Origin: Blepharisma stoltei ATCC 30299
Lineage: Eukaryota; Protista; Ciliophora
Reading direction: 5' to 3'
DNA length: 64,000 nt
NCBI GenBank assembly: GCA_965603825.1
Contig: CBFDEM010000018.1
Location: 1,014,396-1,078,395 of the forward strand
In this document: positions 61,304 to 64,000 of the stretch, one piece after another
How the letters are laid out: each line of letters opens with the position of its first letter
Position numbering within the stretch: the stretch's first letter is position 1
The notes under the pieces: model-generated
The model's database searches: none
Seen by the model: only the letters and a program-made list of their open reading frames with translations
Told to the model about the DNA's origin: nothing
Position numbers and translations under genes: made by a program

Positions 61304-64000
61304 GGTGTTAGGGTGTTAGGGTGTTAGGGTGTTAGGGTGTTAGGGTGTTAGGGTGTTAGGGTGTTAGGGTGTTAGGGTGTTAGGGTGTTAGGGTGTTAGG
61401 GTGTTAGGGTGTTAGGGTGTTAGGGTGTTAGGGTGTTAGGGTGTTAGGGTGTTAGGGTGTTAGGGTGTTAGGGTGTTAGGGTGTTAGGGTGTTAGGGTGT
61501 TAGGGTGTAGGGTGTTAGGGTGTTAGGGTGTTAGGGTGTTAGGGTGTTAGGGTGTTAGGGTGTTAGGGTGTTAGGGTGTTAGGGTGTTAGGGTGTTAGGG
61601 TGTTAGGGTGTTAGGGTGTTAGGGTGTTAGGGTGTTAGGGTGTTAGGGGTGTTAGGGTGTTAGGGTGTTAGGGTGTTAGGGTGTTAGGGTGTTAGGGTGT
61701 TAGGGTGTTAGGGTGTTAGGGTGTTAGGGTGTTAGGGTGTTAGGGTGTTAGGGTGTTAGGGTGTTAGGGTGTTAGGGTGTTAGGGTGTTAGGGTGTTAGG
61801 GTGTTAGGGTGTTAGGGTGTTAGGGTGTTAGGGTGTTAGGGTGTTAGGGTGTTAGGGTGTTAGGGTGTTAGGGTGTTAGGGTGTTAGGGTGTTAGGGTGT
61901 TAGGGTGTTAGGGTGTTAGGGTGTTAGGGTGTTAGGGTGTTAGGGTGTTAGGGTGTTAGGGTGTTAGGGTGTTAGGGTGTTAGGGTGTTAGGGTGTTAGG
62001 GTGTTAGGGTGTTAGGGTGTTAGGGTGTTAGGGTGTTAGGGTGTTAGGGTGTTAGGGTGTTAGGGTGTTAGGGTGTTAGGGTGTTAGGGTGTTAGGGTGT
62101 TAGGGTGTTAGGGTGTTAGGGTGTTAGGGTGTTAGGGTGTTAGGGTGTTAGGGTGTTAGGGTGTTAGGGTGTTAGGGTGTTAGGGTGTTAGGGTGTTAGG
62201 GTGTTAGGGTGTTAGGGTGTTAGGGTGTTAGGGTGTTAGGGTGTTAGGGTGTTAGGGTGTTAGGGTGTTAGGGTGTTAGGGTGTTAGGGTGTTAGGGTGT
62301 TAGGGTGTTAGGGTGTTAGGGGTGTTAGGGTGTTAGGGTGTTAGGGTGTTAGGGTGTTAGGGTGTTAGGGTGTTAGGGTGTTAGGGTGTTAGGGTGTTAG
62401 GGTGTTAGGGTGTTAGGGTGTTAGGGTGTTAGGGTGTTAGGGTGTTAGGGTGTTAGGGTGTTAGGGTGTTAGGGTGTTAGGGTGTTAGGGTGTTAGGGTG
62501 TTAGGGTGTTAGGGTGTTAGGGTGTTAGGGTGTTAGGGTGTTAGGGTGTTAGGGTGTTAGGGTGTTAGGGTGTTAGGGTGTTAGGGTGTTAGGGTGTTAG
62601 GGTGTTAGGGTGTTAGGGTGTTAGGGTGTTAGGGTGTTAGGGTGTTAGGGTGTTAGGGTGTTAGGGTGTTAGGGTGTTAGGGTGTTAGGGTGTTAGGGTG
62701 TTAGGGTGTTAGGGTGTTAGGGTGTTAGGGTGTTAGGGTGTTAGGGTGTTAGGGTGTTAGGGTGTGTTAGGGTGTTAGGGTGTTAGGGTGTTAGGGTGTT
62801 AGGGTGTTAGGGTGTTAGGGTGTTAGGGTGTTAGGGTGTTAGGGTGTTAGGGTGTTAGGGTGTTAGGGTGTTAGGGTGTTAGGGTGTTAGGGTGTTAGGG
62901 TGTTAGGGTGTTAGGGTGTTAGGGTGTTAGGGTGTTAGGGTGTTAGGGTGTTAGGGTGTTAGGGTGTTAGGGTGTTAGGGTGTTAGGGTGTTAGGGTGTT
63001 AGGGTGTTAGGGTGTTAGGGTGTTAGGGTGGTGTTAGGGTGTTAGGGTGTTAGGGTGTTAGGGTGTTAGGGTGTTAGGGTGTTAGGGTGTTAGGGTGTTA
63101 GGGTGTTAGGGTGTTAGGGTGTTAGGGTGTTAGGGTGTTAGGGTGTTAGGGTGTTAGGGTGTTAGGGTGTTAGGGTGTTAGGGTGTTAGGGTGTTAGGGT
63201 GTTAGGGTGTTAGGGTGTTAGGGTGTTAGGGTGTTAGGGTGTTAGGGTGTTAGGGTGTTAGGGTGTTAGGGGTGTTAGGGTGTTAGGGTGTTAGGGTGTT
63301 AGGGTGTTAGGGTGTTAGGGTGTTAGGGTGTTAGGGTGTTAGGGTGTTAGGGTGTTAGGGTGTTAGGGTGTTAGGGTGTTAGGGGTGTTAGGGTGTTAGG
63401 GTGTTAGGGTGTTAGGGTGTTAGGGTGTTAGGGTGTTAGGGTGTTAGGGTGTTAGGGTGTTAGGGTGTTAGGGTGTTAGGGTGTTAGGGTGTTAGGGTGT
63501 TAGGGTGTTAGGGTGTTAGGGTGTTAGGGTGTTAGGGTGTTAGGGTGTTAGGGTGTTAGGGTGTTAGGGTGTTAGGGTGTTAGGGTGTTAGGGTGTTAGG
63601 GTGTTAGGGTGTTAGGGTGTTAGGGTGTTAGGTGTTAGGGTGTTAGGGTGTTAGGGTGTTAGGGTGTTAGGTGTTAGGGTGTTAGGGTGTTAGGGTGTTA
63701 GGGTGTTAGGGTGTTAAGGGGTTAGGGTGTTAGGGTGTTAGGGTGTTTGGGTGTTAGGGTGTTAGGGGTGTTAGGGTGTTAGGGTGTTAGGGTGTTAGGG
63801 TGTTAGGGTGTTAGGGTGTTAGGGTGTTAGGGTGTTGGGTGTTAGGGTGTTAGGGTGTTAGGGTGTTAGGGTGTTAGGGTGTTAGGGGTGTTAGGGTGTT
63901 AGGGTGTTAGGGTGTTAGGGTGTTAGGGTGTTAGGGTGTTAGGGTGTTAGGGTGTTAGGGTGTTAGGGTGTTAGGGTGTTAGGGTGTTAGGGTGTTAGTG
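61304..64000 (+). repeat. Telomeric tract (TGTTAGGG)n = (CCCTAACA)n, ~337 units, G-rich strand running toward the end
   Basis: Near-perfect 8-nt repeat to the window end; matches the known heterotrich (Blepharisma/Stentor) telomere repeat. Confidence 0.97.

Noticed and set aside
61304-64000. CRISPR array or satellite
   Set aside because: It is a spacer-less 8-mer matching a known telomere repeat, in terminal position and correct orientation.
63600-64000. Distal telomere variants as evidence of error-prone telomerase
   Set aside because: They are mostly homopolymer indels increasing toward the end, which cannot be distinguished from low-coverage sequencing error.

Overview
Eukaryotic, AT-rich and very gene-dense DNA running into a ~2.7 kb telomeric (TGTTAGGG)n / (CCCTAACA)n tract at the right end. 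UGA is read as Trp, real stops are TAA/TAG only, and the spliceosomal introns are 15-16 nt. Together with the 8-nt repeat, this matches the end of a heterotrich ciliate macronuclear chromosome, most likely Blepharisma (established knowledge: Stentor shares the repeat and tiny introns but uses the standard code). The standard-code ORF track therefore fragments most genes. Re-reading by hand with UGA=Trp and 12 tiny introns gives ~41 genes. Recognisable genes include two tandem purple acid phosphatases, SEC11-like, SLC38A9-like, RFT1, EFHC/Rib72, kinesin, ABCE1, PRP3, an iGluR-like channel, Kelch-BTB, F-box/LRR, CNNM, two DHHC enzymes, TIM17, NMD3, an RCC1 protein, GTPBP1/2-like, RPL5, SF3B2 and an MFS transporter. 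The most notable observations are: (1) four intact ORFs whose catalytic residues are lost (SEC11, PAP2/G6Pase-like, a signal-peptide SET protein, a kinase); (2) an iGluR-like channel with no ATD and no ligand-binding Arg; (3) a three-gene tandem family I cannot name; (4) phase-dependent stop codons inside the 15-nt introns; (5) UGA avoidance in presumably highly expressed genes; (6) extreme gene packing, with gaps of 2-16 bp. All family calls come from motif recognition; no searches were run.
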